Assembly: GCA_024626585.2 (NCBI GenBank)
Contig: JANKJI020000002.1
Coordinates: 217,137,949-217,166,785 of the forward strand
Source of the DNA: Ginkgo biloba
Lineage: Eukaryota > Plantae > Ginkgophyta
Length of the DNA: 28,837 nt
Direction: 5' to 3'
Position numbers and translations under genes: made by a program. The notes under the pieces were generated by a model. That model was not told the origin of the DNA and did not search any database. It saw only the letters and a program-made list of their open reading frames with translations. Positions 24,291 through 28,837 of this stretch are shown here, one piece after another (the stretch's first letter is position 1; each line of letters starts with the position of its first letter).

Positions 24291-24787
24291 CAACCCTAAT
24301 CTAAGATCTACCCTCCTTCCTTTTTATAATCAATGAAAACCCTTTGAATCTAAAAGAAGACGAGGAAAAAATAATTTAAACCCTTCTCTCAAAGGATGGA
24401 TCAGCTTGACTATAGGGTTTTATGATTTCTAATCTAGGGCCTCCATTATCTATCGAATCATCCTTTATTGAGCTATCCCCTTTCTCCATCCTATATGAAT
24501 TACTTAATGTGTAAATAAATATATATTTTTTTTTCCTATCCTTTTTCATCAAACAAATACATTAGACTTGGATTACTCTACAAGAAGGAATTAGTACATG
24601 AAACCATATAAAATTTACTATACAAAGCTATTAATTATTGAGAAATGATGATTTATAATATCTTAGGTATATTCTTCATTTTTTTTTNNNNNNNNNNNNN
24701 NNNNNNNNNNNNNNNNNNNNNNNNNNNNNNNNNNNNNNNNNNNNNNNNNNNNNNNNNNNNNNNNNNNNNNNNNNNNNNNNNNNNNNN

Positions 24788-25740
24788 ATTGTTGGATTGA
24801 AGTGTTTTCAACTTGTGTCTAGTATATTGCTCCACAAGCTCTTTAAACTGCTTGAAGACTATAAATATTTGTGATTTCTCCCTCAAGGGATAAACCCAGA
24901 GCTTCCTCGAGAAATCATCAATGAAGGTCAAGAAATACTTGGCCCCTCCAAGTGACACAGTCGGCATTAATCCATAGATGTCTGAGTGAACCAATTCAAG
25001 ATTCTCCTTCGCTCTCCAAGCTTTCTTCTTCAAAAATGGTTCCCAGTGCTACTTACCCATTATGTAAGGTTCACACAAACTAATTTTAACAGTTATTCTA
25101 GGAAGGATAATTATTTGTGCAACACATAAAGAATTATATAGTGTAAGTGACCCATATATTCATGACATAACCTCTACTTCTAAGATACAATAGTGAATTC
25201 TATTTTATTCTAAGATCTTCCATTTGGCCTATATAAATTATTCTCTCTAGCACCTTCAATCACCACCTTATTCTTGATGTCTTTAATAGGGCATTTACCA
25301 TGTTGAAATAGAAAAATTATATTCTATTATTCAATATATGAAATAGAGATAAGGTTATCCCTTACACTAGGCACATAGAGAAAATCATCTATATGTGTCT
25401 TTTTCTCCATTTAGAGTGATAATGGGTACTTGAAAAATCCCTTTCGACTTTAGTATCGTGTTACCTCCTAGTGTCATTGTCAGACTTGTTGCCTTCTAGA
25501 TATATTTGAAACATTATAACCTACCTGTCATATTCCTATTTTCTCTTGAGTCAATATATTATGCATCATGGAGATAATTCTTCACTTAATAAGATGTTAT
25601 ATTCCCCTTCTTATCTTCCTTAAAAGACTAAATCCTAGACTAACTTATCTTTTTTCTCTACTATTATTTCCTTTAATGCTGTGAAAACTTACGATAATAT
25701 CTCATCATATATTCATGCTTTCCACATTACTAATAACTAG
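24788..25740 (-). mobile_element. Decayed Ty1/copia gag-pol fragment (protease, GAG-pre-integrase, rve integrase)
   Basis: YIDSRENRNMTG (compare WYxDSGASxHMTG) at ~25530-25560, then HEYMGHLH, CEPYIMGK.HWEPF, and RAKENLELVHSDIYGLMPTVSLGGAKYFLTFIDDFSRKLWVYPLREKSQIFIVFKQFKELVEQYTRHKLKTLQSN. Confidence 0.92.
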
Positions 25741-26679
25741 ACCTATTCTTTCCCCTCAAACTTTTCCACTAAGCATTTTTTCTATTCAAACTAGTTTTCT
25801 TCCTAGAGATATAAAACTATATACAAGAGGCATAATATGTTACTACATTCATGAATTCAATTTAAAAAAAAAAATAGGGGCACAAAAAATAATAACCACA
25901 CCACAAAAACACTAATGTAGGCTCANNNNNNNNNNNNNNNNNNNNNNNNNNNNNNNNNNNNNNNNNNNNNNNNNNNNNNNNNNNNNNNNNNNNNNNNNNN
26001 NNNNNNNNNNNNNNNNNNNNNNNNNAACACTAATGCAGGCTCAAAATATCCTTACCACATCACAAAAAGAAAATTTTTATTGCTTTTAGGCTTAAATATC
26101 TTTGATCACCTCATAAGATAACATAATCACTCCAAAATGCTAGTCAAAACATAAGTAGCTAGTCTTTAAATAATAATTTCATTGGTCATCATGAAAGATG
26201 CCAAAATTGACTTATGCGACCACTTCAAGATGAAAGTACATTAAATTATTAGCATAAATGTCTTTTAAAAAATAAGAAAAAGATAATTAATGGCTCAAAA
26301 AATGAAATTAGACCTCTTTCATATATAACTACAGCTACACTTACTTAAGAAACTTCTTAATAAAAAAATTCCTAATGTCTAAACTTAGAAAAATTTACAA
26401 ATTTTTTCTTGAATTTTTTTTAAATTGTATAGGGTGACCTGCACCATCCCTCCAGCTCTTGAATCATAAATTTTTTTTTCTTATTGATTCAAATTGAATT
26501 ATTCTACCTTCTCTAGGTTCCTACAACCAAATAACCATTTTTTCTTAGGTTTTCTTAGGTTTACTAGCATATGTTTGAGTTTTCTCATTTCCAAAAGTAT
26601 CACCCTTCATCCTTTGCTACTATTAGTAATTCATAGCATCAAGCTCTATATTTTTCTTATAGGATAATACCACATTCTT

Positions 26680-27060
26680 ATTTATCTCTAATGGTTATAT
26701 TTTATCATTCTCCTAGTGTATTTCACTAGTTTAAACTTATTGTAGTGTGACTATGTAGTGTTTATCTTCCATAAGATTCTAATTCATAGGGCATCCCCTT
26801 CCTACTCATAGAGAACATTAATCATTTACTTATCTATGGGAAAAATTTACACCTCAACTTTAGAGATGAAGTGCACTATATTTGGGTTTAAAATAATTAT
26901 AACCCTCTTAGTCATGATAGCACCACCAATCCCAAGATATAAATTATGCTCTAGGAATGTATCTACACTATTGGAGTGTGGTAATTTTAGAGAGACTTTT
27001 ATATTCTTTTAGGCACATTGGGAGTATTCATTATGAAATTATTTAGGGGTGATCTTAAAC
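26680..27060 (-). mobile_element. Possible decayed L1 ORF2 RNase H-like (RVT_3) remnant
   Basis: Minus-strand fragments GIGGAIMT, SLKVE and HTRR resemble GxGGxIRD, xxxVEGD and HxxRExN, in the expected order. Confidence 0.3.
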
Positions 27061-28465
27061 ATAATACCTACAACACCTCATTTAAATTTATAGTCTATGT
27101 TGGATAATTCCTCAATGACTATCTCCATGGGTGTTCATTCTTGATTCATAGATGTCACTATTGTGTGTCTTCTTCTACAACCCTCAACTATTCCTCACTC
27201 ACTTATTTTTCTAATATGACAAATTCATAGTGGTTATTTCTCCTCCTTTCCATAGTTGNNNNNNNNNNNNNNNNNNNNNNNNNNNNNNNNNNNNNNNNNN
27301 NNNNNNNNNNNNNNNNNNNNNNNNNNNNNNNNNNNNNNNNNNNNNNNNNNNNNNNNNNTTGTCATGTGATTATTGTTATTTTTTCATCCTTTTGTTTGGT
27401 GCTTTGTCCTAGAATGAGACAAATTTTGAGTGTAGGAAAAAGGTTGATATGTATTTGTAGACATTGACATTGTTATAGGGTCAACATTTGATTGAAGTTG
27501 ATAAAATTCTTGAGAAACTCAACAAAGTTATATAAGTTGGTTATGGATTATTACCAATGGCATAATTACCCTCTTGGTTTTATAAATNNNNNNNNNNNNN
27601 NNNNNNNNNNNNNNNNNNNNNNNNNNNNNNNNNNNAATTATATTAATTATGTGGTGCTATGAATACATCATGAGTGAACACATTGAGGATCACTCCAATG
27701 TGTTATACTAATGTATGATGAATGTAACTAATGATAGGTAGGAATACAATGAATGTTAAGTCCAATTCATTTTTAGATTCTTTTCAAGTTGATGAGATAG
27801 AGTAACTTAATGAACCTACAAACAAGGTTAATTGGATTAGATTAGATAACCAATATGGGCGTAGGTTATATCAGATTCTAGTAGTCAAAGTTCATATTTT
27901 TTAGAGGAGGCTTGAGTGTTCCAACGCCATATAGTCATAAAGTACTGCATGAGTTGGAGAAAGGGACAAAAGGCGGTCTCACCCAAAATTAATTCTTTCT
28001 CATTGATATTATTTGCAACTTTCGTTATTATATTTTACCTTAATAATGGTGTCTCTCCTAACTATAATAATGGTGTGTCTTAACATTCTACACAACTAGT
28101 TTAATAGAATTGATAGAGGTGGTACCAAATCATACACATAATGTTCTTCACTATTTTAAATGATGATTTGACTGCTCATAGCCATATTTTTCTCTCTATG
28201 AAGAATTCTAAATAGTAAACAGCTAAAACCTCCAACATCCAAATACATCCAATATACTTGTAACCTTGTGCTCTTCCCAGTAATTCAAATCCTTAAAATG
28301 ACCCCAATAGTCAATACTAATGAATTTATGATCTAATTCACCTTAAACTAACACATAAGATTCAAAAATAAAACCAAGGTAATTAATCACTATTGCATTT
28401 AGTTTCTCTAAAATCTATAACAATGAACTCAATTTTATAAACTAGGATAAGGATTTAACCCTTAA

Positions 28466-28837
28466 CTCTGATACCACATGTGAAAAATAGATAATAAAAT
28501 TAATCTAATATCACATATAAACACACAAAACATAGATAATTTTTTGGTAGAATTGATCTACCTTAAATTCATTAATGTTATCGTGCCATATGTATAAACT
28601 GGGTACATGTATATATACAACTTAGATAATATAATGATGAGTTAACAACACACCACATGTACAAGTAAATCTAAACACATGCCACACTCAATAGTAGACC
28701 TAAATGAATCACCCATATATGAAACTACATTAAGTTTCACAAATTTAAGTTACAACCCTAAATATAATAATATAAAATTAAATATTCTAACATAACCACA
28801 CCTAAAATAATTTAACCATGAATAGAATAACATCTCT
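28466..28837 (-). mobile_element. 5' LTR end with intact tRNA-iMet primer-binding site
   Basis: ctctgatacca (28466-28476) is the reverse complement of TGGTATCAGAG. A 2-nt spacer and TG at 28479 (LTR terminal CA on the minus strand) follow, and the LTR runs to the window edge. Confidence 0.7.

Noticed and set aside
25908-26043. 18-bp direct repeat (aacactaatg.aggctca) flanking an N run, suggesting a TSD
   Set aside because: It sits exactly at both gap edges, so it is more likely a contig overlap or collapsed tandem repeat.

Overview
AT-rich, heavily fragmented plant nuclear DNA, probably gymnosperm-like judging by the style of the lectin kinase and TEs (inference). It has many N-runs, a large share about 100 nt long and so probably scaffold gaps of unknown size. 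The one clear host gene is a minus-strand L-type (legume) lectin receptor-like kinase (17659->16719: signal peptide, lectin domain, TM). It is cut off by a gap right after the TM, and Ty3/gypsy RNase H-integrase sequence follows instead of a kinase domain. Its lectin domain looks degenerate, and its promoter carries W-boxes, a tandem duplication and a TA-flanked hairpin MITE. The rest is mostly decayed retroelements (Ty3/gypsy RT, Ty1/copia protease-integrase, L1 LINE pieces, LTR/PBS remnants). Two regions are not explained by these. One is a ~2.4 kb tandem-plus-inverted repeat structure centred on a perfect 26-bp palindrome (3.65-6.04 kb). The other is a CpG-retaining ~1.2 kb island (8.8-10.0 kb) where three listed ORFs join into one decayed reading frame of about 400 codons with no recognisable homology, a candidate endogenous viral element or orphan pseudogene. 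All coordinates and counts are by eye.
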